A stretch of DNA of 64,000 bases from an uncultured Acidimicrobiia bacterium (GTDB taxonomy: Bacteria; Actinomycetota; Acidimicrobiia; Acidimicrobiales; AC-14), in NCBI GenBank assembly GCA_963836205.1, contig CAWIIV010000023.1:64001-128000 (forward strand). The letters are read 5' to 3'. Position 1 is the first letter of the stretch, and every line of letters begins with the position of its first letter. Positions 1 through 10,799 of the stretch are shown here, piece after piece. Made by a program: the position numbers and the translations under genes. Under the pieces are notes generated by a model, which was not told where the DNA came from, searched no databases, and saw nothing but the letters and a program-made list of their open reading frames with translations.

Positions 1-1
1 C

Positions 2-982
2 ATCCTCCTCCTGCTCCAGTCCAAGGGACAGGTCACCGCGGCCCAGGTGGCGGAGGAGTTGGAGGTGTCGGAGCGCACCGCCCGGCGCGACCTCGAAGCC
101 TTGGGTATGGCCGGCCTGCCCATCTATTCCATGCAGGGGCGCAACGGCGGCTGGCGGCTGGCGGGTGGTGGGCGGACCGACCTGAGCGGACTCAACGCAG
201 CCGAGGCCCGGGCCCTGTTCCTGGTCGCGGGACCGTCGTCGGCGGCGACGCCGCAGGTCAAAGCCGCTCTGCGCAAGCTCGTACGGGCTCTGCCAGAGCA
301 GTTCCGGCCCCACGCGGAGGCGGCGTCGGAGGCGATCGTGGTCGATCCCCGGGGGTGGGACCAGACCCGCGGGGCGGGGGCCGGCACCGACCGTCCGGTG
401 CCGCCGCTGCTCGACGCGGTGCAGCAGGCGGTGGTGGAGGGCGAGCAGGTAACCCTCGGCTACGTGGGCCGCAACCGGGAGCCGAGCAGCCGGGTGGTCC
501 ACCCCCTGGGCCTCGCCGCCAAGGGCTGGGCCTGGTACCTGGTGGCCGACACCGAGGCCGGGCTGCGCACGTTCCGGGTCGACCGCATGACGTCGGTGGA
601 GCCCACCGGCGAGGCGGTCGTGCGCCCCGAGGGGTTCGTGCTGGCCGAGGCGTGGAAGCTGATCGCGGAAGAGGTCGACCTCCGGCGCACGCCGGCGACA
701 GCCCGGGCCCTGGCCACGTCCCGGTCCCTCGCCTGGTGCCGGTGGGCGTTCGGCAACCGCCTGCGCATCGGCCCGTCCCAACCCGACGGCCGGGTGGAGG
801 TGGAGGTGCGGGGCCACGACGTGCAGTCGCTGGCGGCCGAGCTGGCGGGGATGGCCGGCCATGTCGAGGTCGTCGTCCCTCCCGAGCTGCGAGCGGAACT
901 GGCCCGCCTGGGCGCGGCGCTCACGACGACCTACGGGGGTCCGTCGGTCGATCGGGCCGCGAACGTGTCGCCGGGCGACTGA
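2..982 (+). CDS. HTH-WYL transcriptional regulator (YafY/PafC-like), 5'-partial
   Basis: HTH AAQVAEELEVSERTARRDLEAL; WYL core HPLGL..KGWAWYLVA..RTFRVDRM; frame open from the window start. Confidence 0.9.
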   Translation: MLLLLQSKGQVTAAQVAEELEVSERTARRDLEALGMAGLPIYSMQGRNGGWRLAGGGRTDLSGLNAAEARALFLVAGPSSAATPQVKAALRKLVRALPEQFRPHAEAASEAIVVDPRGWDQTRGAGAGTDRPVPPLLDAVQQAVVEGEQVTLGYVGRNREPSSRVVHPLGLAAKGWAWYLVADTEAGLRTFRVDRMTSVEPTGEAVVRPEGFVLAEAWKLIAEEVDLRRTPATARALATSRSLAWCRWAFGNRLRIGPSQPDGRVEVEVRGHDVQSLAAELAGMAGHVEVVVPPELRAELARLGAALTTTYGGPSVDRAANVSPGD

Positions 983-1002
983 TCCGCGCCGCGGAACGTC
1001 GG

Positions 1003-2421
1003 TCAGGCCTCTATCCAGCCCCGCTCGAAGACGGCGGCCCGGAAGCGTTGGTAGTTGGCCTCCATGGCGTCGCGCTCGGTATCGTCGGGCTCGACCGGCT
1101 CGCCGGTGGCGGACATGGCCGCGGTGGCCGAGGCCAGGTCGGGGTGGAGGGTGCCGGCGGCGGCGAGGATGGCCGCGCCCCGGGCCGTCGACGCGCCCGG
1201 GGTGGCCAGCAGGGGGACGCCGAGGACGGTCGCCCGGATGCGGTTCCACACCGGGCTCCGGCTCCCGCCGCCGGTGACCACGACGGGCGGCCGGGCGGGG
1301 GCGCCGAGGGCCGCCAGCCGCTCGTAGCCCAGCCGCTCGACGAACGCCACCCCCTCGGCCGTGGCCCGCACCCGGTCGGCCTCGTCGGCCGGCTCCCCCA
1401 CCACGAACGCCTCGGCCTCGGGGACGACGAAGGGAAAACGCTCGCCCCGCCCGATCAACGGGTACATCACACACGTGGCCGGGCCGTGGGCCGCCGCGAG
1501 GGCGTCGAGCTCGGCCGGGCCGCGGCCGGGGAAGCCCTCGACCAGCGCCCGCCCTCCCGTGCTCGACGCTCCCCCTGGCAACCACCACCCCTCCGGGTGG
1601 CGGTGGCTGTAGACCGCGCCGGTCGGGTCCAGCACGAGGGACCGGCTGGCCCCCTTGAGGACGAGCGTCGACCCGAGGACGGACACGAACCGGCCCGGCT
1701 CCCCCGCCCCCGCCGCCAACTGCGACGCGCACCCGTCGGTCATCCCCAGCCGCACCTCGCACCCGGCCGGCAACCCGGTGGCGGCCGCCGCCTCCCGGCC
1801 CACCACACCCGCCAACGACGTCGGCCGGCGCACCTCGGGGAGCAGGTCGATCGGGATGCCGAGGGCGTCCATCGCCTCCCCCGCCCACTCCTGCGCCACC
1901 GGGTCGAAACCGCTCTTGAGGGCGTGGCTCCAGTCAGTGGGGACACGCCCTTCCCCCACCAACCGGCGGACCACGACATCGGGCGCGTGGGCCAGGGCCG
2001 CGGGCGAACAGCGCAGCAGCCACGCCCACTTGGGCAGGCCGAACGAGGCCTGGATGCGCAGCCCGAGCCTCGCCCACCGATCCGCCCCCGCGGCCTGGGC
2101 GAGGTCGGCCTCCGCCTGCGCCCGTTGGTCGGCGTAGGTGAGGGCGGGCCCGATCGGGTGACCCCGGCGGTCGAGGGCGACCACCGTCCCCGACGTGCCG
2201 CACACGCTCACCGCCACCACCCGACCGGCCCCGCTCACCTCGGCCAGCGCAGCCGCCGCCGCCGGCCACCACGTCCCGGCGTCCTGCTCCGACCATCCCG
2301 GCCGGGGTGACGTGGGCGCCGGCAGCGGCCGGTAGGCCTCGGCGTGCATCCGTCCTTCGCCGTCGACCGCAACCGCCCGCACGTCGGCCGTGGCCATGTC
2401 GACGCCGACGACGAGGTCCAC
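1003..2421 (-). CDS. FGGY-family carbohydrate kinase (xylulokinase-like)
   Basis: VVGVDMATADVRAV, GWSEQD, GMTDGCA, VLGSTLV, TGGGSRS motifs; GTG start at 2421. Confidence 0.88.
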   Translation of the reverse strand: MDLVVGVDMATADVRAVAVDGEGRMHAEAYRPLPAPTSPRPGWSEQDAGTWWPAAAAALAEVSGAGRVVAVSVCGTSGTVVALDRRGHPIGPALTYADQRAQAEADLAQAAGADRWARLGLRIQASFGLPKWAWLLRCSPAALAHAPDVVVRRLVGEGRVPTDWSHALKSGFDPVAQEWAGEAMDALGIPIDLLPEVRRPTSLAGVVGREAAAATGLPAGCEVRLGMTDGCASQLAAGAGEPGRFVSVLGSTLVLKGASRSLVLDPTGAVYSHRHPEGWWLPGGASSTGGRALVEGFPGRGPAELDALAAAHGPATCVMYPLIGRGERFPFVVPEAEAFVVGEPADEADRVRATAEGVAFVERLGYERLAALGAPARPPVVVTGGGSRSPVWNRIRATVLGVPLLATPGASTARGAAILAAAGTLHPDLASATAAMSATGEPVEPDDTERDAMEANYQRFRAAVFERGWIEA

Positions 2422-2446
2422 CGCCTCACCGTGCCACGATCGGCGG

Positions 2447-3804
2447 GTGCCGGGCAGCCCGTTCGTCGACATCCTGGGGCCCGACCGCGTTCTCACCACA
2501 CCCGGCGACACCGCCCCCTTCTGCGTCGACTGGTCGGGCCGGTTCCGTGGGGCCACGCCCGTCGTACTCCTTCCGGGGACGACCGAGCAGGTGGCGGCCG
2601 TGGTCGCCGCCTGCCGCGCCCTCGGCGTCGGCCTCACCCTTCAGGGCGGGAACACCGGGCTCGTCGGAGGGTCGGTCCCCCTCTCGGGGGAGGTCGTGCT
2701 CAGCCTGCGCGGCCTCGACCACATCGGCCCCGTCGACGACGTCGCCGGCCAGCTCACGGCGGGGGCGGGCGCCCGCCTGGCCGCGGTCCAGACGGCCGCG
2801 GCCGGCACCGGCGACCCCGCCCGATGGGCCTATGGGGTCGACTTCGCCAGCCGCGACCGGGCCACCGTCGGGGGGACGATCGCCACCAACGCCGGCGGCC
2901 TGCGGGTCCTGCGCCACGGCGACACCCGGGCCCAGGTCTTGGGAGTGGAGGCGGTGCTCGGCGACGGGACGGTGGTGTCCCATCTGAGCGGGCTGGTGAA
3001 GGACAACACCGGCTACCACCTCCCGTCCCTTCTCTGTGGCAGCGAGGGGACCCTGGGGGTGGTGACGGCGGCCCGCCTCCGGCTGGTGCCCGCCGTGACC
3101 CACCGGGTGACCGTCCTCCTCGCCTTCGACGCCGTCGCCGACGCGATCGTGGCCGCCCACGACCTCCGGCGCCACGTGCGCGCCCTCGACGCGGCCGAGC
3201 TCATGCTCGCCGGCGGCGTCGACCTCGTCTGCCGGGTGACGGGCCTTCCCCCGCTCACCGGTGGCCGCCACGCCGCGTTCGTGCTGGTGGCGGCGGCCGA
3301 CACCGCCGACCCGACGGCCGACCTCACCGCCGGCATCGGCGCCCTCGCCGCGGTGGCCGGGGTGGTCTTCGGCGGCGACGACCTGTGGGCCTACCGCGAG
3401 AACCACACCGCCGCCATCAACACCCTCGGCCCGCCCCACAAGCTCGACGTCACCCTTCCCGCCGACCGGCTGGCGGCGTTCGTCGAGCAGGTGCCGGGCG
3501 TGGTGGCCCGGGTCGCCCCCCACGGCCGCACGTGGATGTGGGGCCACGCGGCCGACGGCAACGTCCACGTCAACGTCACCGGCGTGGAGCCCGACGACGA
3601 CCGGGTCGACGACGCCGTCCTCCGCCTGGCCGCGGATCTGGGGGGAAGCATCAGCGCCGAGCACGGGATCGGCACGGCCAAGCGCCGGTGGCTCCACCTC
3701 AACCGCTCCGAGGCCGAGATCGACGCCTTCCGGGCCGTCAAGCGGGCCCTCGACCCCGACGGCATCCTCAACCCCAACGTCCTGTTCCCCCCTCCAACTG
3801 GTGA
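2447..3804 (+). CDS. FAD-linked oxidase/2-hydroxyacid dehydrogenase (GlcD/D-2-hydroxyglutarate dehydrogenase-like); stop position uncertain
   Basis: QGGNTGLVGG, GGTIATNAGG, GSEGTLGVVT, GHAADGNVH, SISAEHGIG, LDPDGILNP; no in-frame stop, but a TGA at 3802-3804 is reached with one indel in the poly-C run. Confidence 0.85.
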
Positions 3805-3844
3805 CAGCTCCGGCCGTCCTGGGCCCCATACCGTCACCGTTTCG
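3794..3844. repeat. REP-like palindrome, copy 1
   Basis: caactGGTGAC-N27-GTCACCgttt between convergent genes. Confidence 0.5.
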
Positions 3845-5368
3845 TCAGAGGAACTCCACCCCTTGGGCCAGGGGCAGGTCGGGCGACGAGTTGACGGTGG
3901 TCGTCATCCGCCGCATGTAGGCCTTCCACGCATCGGAGCCCGACTCCCGGCCGCCGCCCGTCTCCTTCTCCCCACCGAAGGCGCCGCCGATCTCGGCCCC
4001 CGACGGTCCGATGTTGACGTTGGCGATGCCGCAGTCCGACCCCGCGGCGGATACGAACCGCTCCGCCTCCCGCAAGTCAAGGGTGAACAGCGACGACGAC
4101 AGCCCGTGGCGGGCGGCGTTGTGCAGCTCGACCGCCTCGTCCCACGAGTCGTAGGCGACGACGTAGAGCACGGGCGCGAACGTCTCCCGCAGCACGAGGG
4201 CGGTCTGCGCCGGCATGGCCACCACCGCGGGCCGGACGTAGAAGGCGCCCGGCGCGGCGTCGGCCAGCTCCCGCTCGCCGCCCACCACCACCTTCCCACC
4301 GTCGGCGGCGGCCTCCCCCAGCGCGGCTTCGAACCCGGCAAACGCGGCCCCGTCGATCAGCGGTCCTACCAAGGTAGGATCATCCAACGGGTTCCCCACC
4401 GGCAACGTCGCGTACGCCGCCACCAGGCGGTCGACCAGCTCGTCGTGAACCGTGCGGTGGGCGATCACCCGCCGCAGCGTCGTGCACCGTTGCCCGGCGG
4501 TCCCGGCGGCGGCGAAGGCCACCGCCCGCACGGTGAGGTCGAGGTCGGCGGACGGGGCCACGATGGCGGCGTTGTTCCCGCCCAGCTCGAGCAGGCTGCG
4601 GCCGAAGCGGGCTGCCACCCGGGGTCCGACGGCCCGGCCCATGGCGGTGGAGCCGGTGGCCGACACCAGCGCCACCCGGTCGTCGTCGACCAGCGCCCTC
4701 CCCACGTCGGCCCCCCCGAGCACGAGGCCGAGCAACCCCGCCGGCGCGCCCACGTCGCCCGCGGCCCGGATGGCCAACGCGTGCACCGCCACCGCCGTCA
4801 GCGGCGTCTTCTCCGACGGCTTCCACACCACCGGGTCGCCGCACACCAGGGCCAGGGCCGAGTTCCAGGCCCACACCGCCACCGGGAAGTTGAACGACGT
4901 GATCACCCCGACCACGCCCAGGGGCTGCCACACCTCGCTCATCCGGTGCCCGGGACGCTCCGACGCCATGGTCAGGCCGTAGAGCTGGCGGGACAGGCCG
5001 ACGGCGAAGTCGCAGACGTCGATCATCTCCTGGACCTCACCCGCCGCCTCCGACCGGATCTTGCCCGCCTCGATCGTCACCAGCTCGGACAGGTCGCCCT
5101 TGTGCTCCCGCAACAGCTCCGCCAGCCGCCGGACCAGCTCCGCCCGCCGGGGCGCGGGCACCATCCGCCACTCCCGAAAGGCTCCGGCGGCATCGGCCAC
5201 CGCCCGCTCCACGTCGGCCGCCGTCGACACCGGCACCGACCCCAACCGGCCGCCCGTGATGGGCGTACGAACCTCCAGGTCGCCCGCACCGGACCAGGTC
5301 GCCCCGAGCCGGTCGAGGGCGGCGGCGGCGGCGCCCGCCAGGTCCTCGAAGCTGGGGAGAGGGTTCAC
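3845..5368 (-). CDS. Aldehyde dehydrogenase, ALDH7/piperideine-6-carboxylate dehydrogenase type (Pcd/AmaB)
   Basis: FNFPVAVWAWN, LELGGNNA, AGQRCT, GAEIGGAFGGEKETGGGRESGSD. Confidence 0.9.
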   Translation of the reverse strand: MNPLPSFEDLAGAAAAALDRLGATWSGAGDLEVRTPITGGRLGSVPVSTAADVERAVADAAGAFREWRMVPAPRRAELVRRLAELLREHKGDLSELVTIEAGKIRSEAAGEVQEMIDVCDFAVGLSRQLYGLTMASERPGHRMSEVWQPLGVVGVITSFNFPVAVWAWNSALALVCGDPVVWKPSEKTPLTAVAVHALAIRAAGDVGAPAGLLGLVLGGADVGRALVDDDRVALVSATGSTAMGRAVGPRVAARFGRSLLELGGNNAAIVAPSADLDLTVRAVAFAAAGTAGQRCTTLRRVIAHRTVHDELVDRLVAAYATLPVGNPLDDPTLVGPLIDGAAFAGFEAALGEAAADGGKVVVGGERELADAAPGAFYVRPAVVAMPAQTALVLRETFAPVLYVVAYDSWDEAVELHNAARHGLSSSLFTLDLREAERFVSAAGSDCGIANVNIGPSGAEIGGAFGGEKETGGGRESGSDAWKAYMRRMTTTVNSSPDLPLAQGVEFL

Positions 5369-5415
5369 GGTCTGATGCCGATGATAGGGATCGGGCCGGC
5401 CTTACCATTCGTCAC

Positions 5416-6504
5416 ATGAGAACGTTCACCAACGTCCTGGTGTGTGGTCTGGGAAAGGTGGGCGAGCTCGTGGCCCGCCTCCTCCAGGGTGCCGGCTTCG
5501 ACGTGGTGGGCGCCGACCGGACCGTCGCCGACAGCCTGCCCTTCCCCACCGCCGCCCTCGACGCCGCCGACCCCGCCGCCCTCCGCTCCGCCCTGGCCGG
5601 CGTCCAGGCGGTCGTTTCCTGCGTCCCCCACCACCTGAGCAGCGGCGTGGCCCAGGCCGCAGCCGACGTCGGCGTCCACTACTTCGACCTGTCGGAGGAC
5701 GTCGGCCTCAGCCAGCGGGTCCTGGAGCTGGCGGAAGCGAAGGGCGCAGGCGGCGCCTTCGTCCCCAACTGCGGGCTGGCCCCGGGGCTCATCTGCATCG
5801 TGGGTGCGGGCCTGGCACGGGGCCTCGACCGCCTCGACTCCGTGGAGCTCAAGGTCGGCGCCCTCCCCCGCAACCCGAGCGGTCTCCTCGGCTACGCCTT
5901 CAACTGGTCGCCCGAGGGCGTGGTCAACGAGTACCTCAACGACTGCGAGGTGATCCGCGACGGGCGCCGCCGCACGGTGCCGTCGATGAGCGAGCTCGAG
6001 CACGTGTGGATCGGGGGGACGCAGCTGGAGGCGTTCACCACGTCGGGCGGCCTGGGCACCATGTGCGCCACCTTCGACGGCCGCCTCGACCGCCTCGACT
6101 ACAAGACCCTCCGCTACCCCGGCCACTGCGAGCTCATGCGCTTCTTCTTCGACGAGCTCCACCTCCGCCACCAGCGGGAGCTGGCCGGGCGCATCCTGGT
6201 CGACGCCAAGCCCCCGGTCGGCGACGACATCGTCTACCTGTACGCGGCAGTGGAGGGCGAGCGGGCCGGCCGCGCCGTGCGGGAGCAGGTGGTGCGCACG
6301 TACGAGCCCATCTGGATCGACGGCCAGCGGTGGCGGGCCATCTCGTGGACGACGGCCGCCTCGGCCGCGGCGATGGTCGACCTCGTCGCCGACGGACACC
6401 TGCCCGACCACGGTTTCGTGCGCCAGGAGGACGTCGACCTCTCCGCCTTCGCCGCCACGCCCACCGGCCGCCTCCTGGGCGACGCCTCCGCCCTCGCCGC
6501 ATGA
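5416..6504 (+). CDS. Saccharopine dehydrogenase-family protein (lysine 6-dehydrogenase-like)
   Basis: GLGKVG Rossmann motif, HYFDLSED, CGLAPG, LEAFTTSGG, YKTLRYPGH. Confidence 0.88.
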   Translation: MRTFTNVLVCGLGKVGELVARLLQGAGFDVVGADRTVADSLPFPTAALDAADPAALRSALAGVQAVVSCVPHHLSSGVAQAAADVGVHYFDLSEDVGLSQRVLELAEAKGAGGAFVPNCGLAPGLICIVGAGLARGLDRLDSVELKVGALPRNPSGLLGYAFNWSPEGVVNEYLNDCEVIRDGRRRTVPSMSELEHVWIGGTQLEAFTTSGGLGTMCATFDGRLDRLDYKTLRYPGHCELMRFFFDELHLRHQRELAGRILVDAKPPVGDDIVYLYAAVEGERAGRAVREQVVRTYEPIWIDGQRWRAISWTTAASAAAMVDLVADGHLPDHGFVRQEDVDLSAFAATPTGRLLGDASALAA

Positions 6505-7511
6505 GCACGCTGCACGACCTGGTGGCGGCCCAGTTGGGGACCGAGTGGGCGGGCCCGCTCCTCGACGGGCTGGCGATTCACCCGTCCCTCGTCGAAGACG
6601 GCGACGGCGCGTCCCGGGCCGTCATCGCCCAGGCCCTGGGCGTGGTCCTCCTCGACGACCTCCTCCACCGGGTGCCGAGCGCGGCCGCCTACGCCGCCGA
6701 GCGGTGGGCGGCCGGCGGGCGTCTCTTCCTCGACCACGGGGCGGTGCGAACCGTGGCCGGCGTGGCGTGCGGCGAGCTGGCCGAGGGCCAGGAGAGCCTG
6801 GCCCGCGTCCTGCGCCCCCTCGGCTACGCCCACCGGGAGACGTACGACCTCGGCCGGCTGAAGATGACCGGCCACTCCTGGTGCCATCTCGACCTGCCGG
6901 CCGACGTTCCCCAGTACTTCGTCAGCGAGCTCCACGCCGACCGCTTCACCGACCCGTTTTCCGCGGCCGCGGCCCGGGTGATGGGCTCCTCCCGCGACCC
7001 TCTCACCGGCCTGGCCCGCCTCAACCTCGACCGCCTGGCTGCCGACGGCCGCCTGCCCCTCGCCGCGGCCGAGTCCCTCCTGGGCGAGCTGGCCACCTGT
7101 TTCGCCCGCCAGCACGGCACCCCCGCCCTGGCCGACTACGAGACCGTTCTGGCCGAGTCGGCCGAGATGGCGTGGATCGCCACCGAGGGCACCGCCTTCA
7201 ACCACGCCACCGACCGGGTCGACGACGTGGTCGCGGTGGCCGAGGCGGAGCGGGCCGCGGGCCGGCCGATCAAAGACCGGGTGGAGGTGTCGGCGTCGGG
7301 GCGGGTGCTCCAGACGGCCCATCGGGCGGCAATGGTGGAGCGCTCGTTCAAGGTGGGCGAGCGGTCCACCGAGACCCGCACCGTCCCGGGCTCGTTCTTC
7401 GAGCTCATCACCCGCCATCCTCTCCCCGACGGCTCCGGCCCCGACCTCGCCTTCGACGCGGCCAACGCCCAGGAGATCTTCACGATGACCCGAGGTCCGG
7501 CTTCGGTCTGA
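6501..7511 (+). CDS. DUF1338 protein (2-oxoadipate dioxygenase/decarboxylase, HglS-like)
   Basis: ATGA overlap with upstream gene; [15 protein letters not shown] and GSFFELITR candidate metal-ligand motifs. Confidence 0.8.
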   Translation: MSTLHDLVAAQLGTEWAGPLLDGLAIHPSLVEDGDGASRAVIAQALGVVLLDDLLHRVPSAAAYAAERWAAGGRLFLDHGAVRTVAGVACGELAEGQESLARVLRPLGYAHRETYDLGRLKMTGHSWCHLDLPADVPQYFVSELHADRFTDPFSAAAARVMGSSRDPLTGLARLNLDRLAADGRLPLAAAESLLGELATCFARQHGTPALADYETVLAESAEMAWIATEGTAFNHATDRVDDVVAVAEAERAAGRPIKDRVEVSASGRVLQTAHRAAMVERSFKVGERSTETRTVPGSFFELITRHPLPDGSGPDLAFDAANAQEIFTMTRGPASV

Positions 7512-8766
7512 TCCGGTAATGGAGGGTGAGGAAGGGCAGGCCGAAGACCCAGAAGGAGTGGTCGGCCCGCACCTCGCCGTCGTCCGGTGTCACGTAGACG
7601 TGGAGCTCCTCGGCGAAGCCGTGGACGGCCAGGGTGGTCAGATCCCGGGACTCGGGGTCGATGTAGGTGAGGTAGTGGCCCGGGTGGGGGAGGTCGCTGC
7701 GGGAGCTGAGGGTGAGGCCGCCACCGGCCCGGGCCCGGGGGACAAGGGTGGCGGTGAAGCTCGCCTGCGGCAACGGGAAGCCGACGCTCACGTAGCCCCG
7801 GTCGGTGTCCCGGTAGGTGGTGTAGATGCCGGTGTAGATGGGGGCGTCGTCGTCGGCGAACGAGCGGATCCAGCCCCGCACCTCGGGGACGCCGTCCCCG
7901 TCGGCGTCGATGGTGTCGATGCGGCTGTGGACGCCCCGCAGCGCCTCCCGCTGGTTCATGGGCACGTTGGCCTGGCCCAGGGGGCGGGCCACGACCGTGC
8001 GGTAGAGGAGGTACCCGGGACGGACCCACGGCCGCCACTCAGGGACGATGTCGAGGGCATAGCGGCTGGTGTGCTCGTAGAAGCGCCGGACCCGGGGGTC
8101 GACGGTGGCCGGGTCGAGCTCGGGACCGGCGAGGGCGTCGAGCGACGGCACGATGCCGGCGTCGGGCACGTCCCGGACGTAGGAGCCGCCGAGCACCTCG
8201 GCCAGGGAGCGAACGTAGTCGGTCCCGACGTAGCGGGTGCGGGACTCGAGGGGCACCACGAAGGGCAGGTCGGCGGGGTCGACCCGCTCCGCCAGCAGGT
8301 CGAGCTGGGCGTCCCTGAAGACCGCCGCCGAGAACACCCGGTAGGCGACCACGGTGGAGGCGGCCACCGCCGACGCCGGCATCCGCCCGCCGGACACGGC
8401 CGCCAGGGTCCGCCCCATGGCCGCGCCGAACACCGGTCCCAACAGCACCTTCTGGGGACGGAGGCCCACCGCGCCCACGACCGCGCCGGCACCGGTCGCC
8501 ACCGCCACCGGCCCCGCACCGGTGACCCGCCCGGCGGCCCAGCCCACTGGGGCAGCCAGCGCCCCGGTCGTGAGGATCCGGTGCCACAGGCTGGGGATCT
8601 CGTTCGGCCGCTGGCGGTGGCGGGCGACCGCCTCCGACGCGCCCAGCACCGCCGCGCCCGCCGCCACGGGGAGCCGGTACCGGCCGCGGCCACCGGCGAG
8701 CGACAGCCCGGCCATGGCGCCGATCGCCCCCGCCCACGCGATCTGCTCCGACCGTTTCGATCCCAT
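7480..8766 (-). CDS. Conserved hypothetical protein with hydrophobic N-terminal half
   Basis: 428-aa ORF with typical codon use; C-terminal [23 protein letters not shown]. Confidence 0.65.
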   Translation of the reverse strand: MGSKRSEQIAWAGAIGAMAGLSLAGGRGRYRLPVAAGAAVLGASEAVARHRQRPNEIPSLWHRILTTGALAAPVGWAAGRVTGAGPVAVATGAGAVVGAVGLRPQKVLLGPVFGAAMGRTLAAVSGGRMPASAVAASTVVAYRVFSAAVFRDAQLDLLAERVDPADLPFVVPLESRTRYVGTDYVRSLAEVLGGSYVRDVPDAGIVPSLDALAGPELDPATVDPRVRRFYEHTSRYALDIVPEWRPWVRPGYLLYRTVVARPLGQANVPMNQREALRGVHSRIDTIDADGDGVPEVRGWIRSFADDDAPIYTGIYTTYRDTDRGYVSVGFPLPQASFTATLVPRARAGGGLTLSSRSDLPHPGHYLTYIDPESRDLTTLAVHGFAEELHVYVTPDDGEVRADHSFWVFGLPFLTLHYRIRPKPDLGSS

Positions 8767-8783
8767 CGGCCCTATCCTCCCTC

Positions 8784-10133
8784 GTGATGGCCGAGGATCA
8801 GCCCCCGATGGTCGCCGGCTCGTTCCTCTCCGGCTCGGGCCGGGCCCTCAAGAAGGACCAGCTGGCGGTCTGCGCCGCCGTCCTCAGGGACCACGGCGGC
8901 CGCCGGGTCCGCATCCGGGTGGGACCGCCGAAGGTCGGCTTCGTGTTCGACGCCGTCTCCCGGCCGGAGGACGTCCGCCAGGTCCTCGCCACCGAGGCCG
9001 CGCAGTACGACAAGGAAGTCCCCGGCATCGACGAGCTGCGGCGGCTCTTCGGCAACGGGCTCATCTTCAGCGGCGGCGACCGGTGGCGGCGCGACCGGCG
9101 CATCGTCGCCCCGCTGTTCACCAAGGCGCGGGTCATGTCCTACGTCGACGGGATGGCGACCGCCGCCGCCCGGCTGGCGACCACGTGGGCGGCGGCCGAG
9201 GGCGGGCAGGTCGACCTGAGCGAGGCCGGCACCCACTACGCCCTCGACGTCCTCGGGCGCAGCGTGTTCGGCCGCGACGTGGAGTCGGCCGCTCCCGTCC
9301 TGCGGGCCACGGTGCCTGTCCTCAACCAGTTCGGCGCCCGCCGGGTGCTCTCGCCCGTGCGCCTGCCGGTGTGGGTGCCGACGGCGCGCAACCGCCGGGC
9401 GGAACAGGCCCGACGCCAGCTCTGGGGTCTGGTCGACGGCCTCGTCGCCGAGCGGCGGGCGGGGCCCCTCGAGGGCGACGACCTCCTCAGCCTGCTCCTC
9501 ACCGCCCGCGACCCGGAGGACGGGTCGGCGCTGAGCGACGTCGCCGTCCGGGAGCAGGCCCTCATCCTGCTCGTCGCCGGGCACGAGACCACCGGCACCA
9601 CCATGGCCCTCACCCTCCACCTCGTCGGCCGCCACCCCGCCGTCCAACAGCGGATTCGGGACGAAGTGGCCGCCGTCGTCGGCGACCGGCCGGTTGCGGT
9701 GGACGACCTTCCGCAGCTCACCTACACCGCCCAGGTCGTCGACGAGACCATGCGCCTTTACCCGCCCGGCCACACCCTGGTCCGCCACGCCCACGGGCCC
9801 ACCACCCTCGACGGCCAGGACGTGGCGCCCGGGCACCTGGTGGCGGTCAGCATCTGGGGCGTCCACCACAACCCCGACGTGTGGCCCGACCCGTCCCGCT
9901 TCGACCCCGGCCGCTTCGCCACCGGCGGCGTCGGCCGCTACGACCACGTCCCGTTCGGCGGCGGGCCCCGGGGCTGCATCGGCCAGCACCTGGCCACCGC
10001 CGAGCTGGTCGTGGCGGTGGCGACCCTCGTCCGGGCCTTCCGCCTCGAGTCGGAGCTGGAGGAGCCCGTCCTCGAGGTGGCGGTGTCGCTGCGGCCCAAG
10101 GGGGCCCTGCCGTGCCGGGTGACGCCGGCGTAA
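8784..10133 (+). CDS. Cytochrome P450
   Basis: AGHETT (I-helix), ETMR (ExxR), [16 protein letters not shown] heme-Cys motif. Confidence 0.95.
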   Translation: MMAEDQPPMVAGSFLSGSGRALKKDQLAVCAAVLRDHGGRRVRIRVGPPKVGFVFDAVSRPEDVRQVLATEAAQYDKEVPGIDELRRLFGNGLIFSGGDRWRRDRRIVAPLFTKARVMSYVDGMATAAARLATTWAAAEGGQVDLSEAGTHYALDVLGRSVFGRDVESAAPVLRATVPVLNQFGARRVLSPVRLPVWVPTARNRRAEQARRQLWGLVDGLVAERRAGPLEGDDLLSLLLTARDPEDGSALSDVAVREQALILLVAGHETTGTTMALTLHLVGRHPAVQQRIRDEVAAVVGDRPVAVDDLPQLTYTAQVVDETMRLYPPGHTLVRHAHGPTTLDGQDVAPGHLVAVSIWGVHHNPDVWPDPSRFDPGRFATGGVGRYDHVPFGGGPRGCIGQHLATAELVVAVATLVRAFRLESELEEPVLEVAVSLRPKGALPCRVTPA

Positions 10134-10187
10134 CGCGGTTCGCCCGCGTCGGACAGGATGGTCGGGGACGGACGAGGAGGTGCGGGA

Positions 10188-10799
10188 ATGGCCAAGTTCA
10201 CGCGGGGCTTCGCCGGCCGGGGGGCGGACCGCGATCCGAGGCTGCCGCCAGGCCAGTACGACACCGGTAGGACGTGGCCGGTGCTCACCGCGGAGGCCAC
10301 GCCCAAGCTGTCGGCGTCGTCGTACACCTTCGGCGTCGAGGGTCTCGTCGCCCGGCCCACCGCCTGGACGTGGGACGAGCTGCACGCCCTCCCATCGTCC
10401 TCCTACTCGGGCGACATCCACTGCGTGACCACATGGTCGAAGCTCGGGATCACCTTCACCGGCGTGTCGATCGACACATTGCTGGAAGCCGCCGGCGGGC
10501 CCCTGCCGTCCGCCACCCACGTGGTGGCCACGTCCCATACCGGCTACACCACCAACCTGCCCCTGGCCGACGTCACCGGCGGCCGGGCGTGGGTGGTGTG
10601 GGAGGTCGACGGGGAGCCGCTGCCCACGGAGCACGGTGGGCCCGTGCGCATGCTCGTCCCGCACCTGTACTTCTGGAAGAGCGCCAAGTGGGTGGCGACC
10701 CTCCGCCTCCTCGACCACGACCAGCCCGGGTTCTGGGAGGTCAACGGCTACCACGACCGGGGCGACCCCTGGCGCGAGCAGCGGTACCAGGGTGACTGA
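10188..10799 (+). CDS. Sulfite oxidase-like molybdopterin oxidoreductase
   Basis: RLPPGQY, DIHCVTTWSK, HGGPVRMLVPHLYFWKSAKW, GFWE.NGYH; GGAGG RBS. Confidence 0.9.
   Translation: MAKFTRGFAGRGADRDPRLPPGQYDTGRTWPVLTAEATPKLSASSYTFGVEGLVARPTAWTWDELHALPSSSYSGDIHCVTTWSKLGITFTGVSIDTLLEAAGGPLPSATHVVATSHTGYTTNLPLADVTGGRAWVVWEVDGEPLPTEHGGPVRMLVPHLYFWKSAKWVATLRLLDHDQPGFWEVNGYHDRGDPWREQRYQGD

Noticed and set aside
2-982. WYL regulator as a defence-island marker
   Set aside because: YafY-type with host-like composition and metabolic neighbours
2390-5419. 1009-aa fusion ORF
   Set aside because: The FAD oxidase reads through a lost stop into the antisense of the aldehyde dehydrogenase
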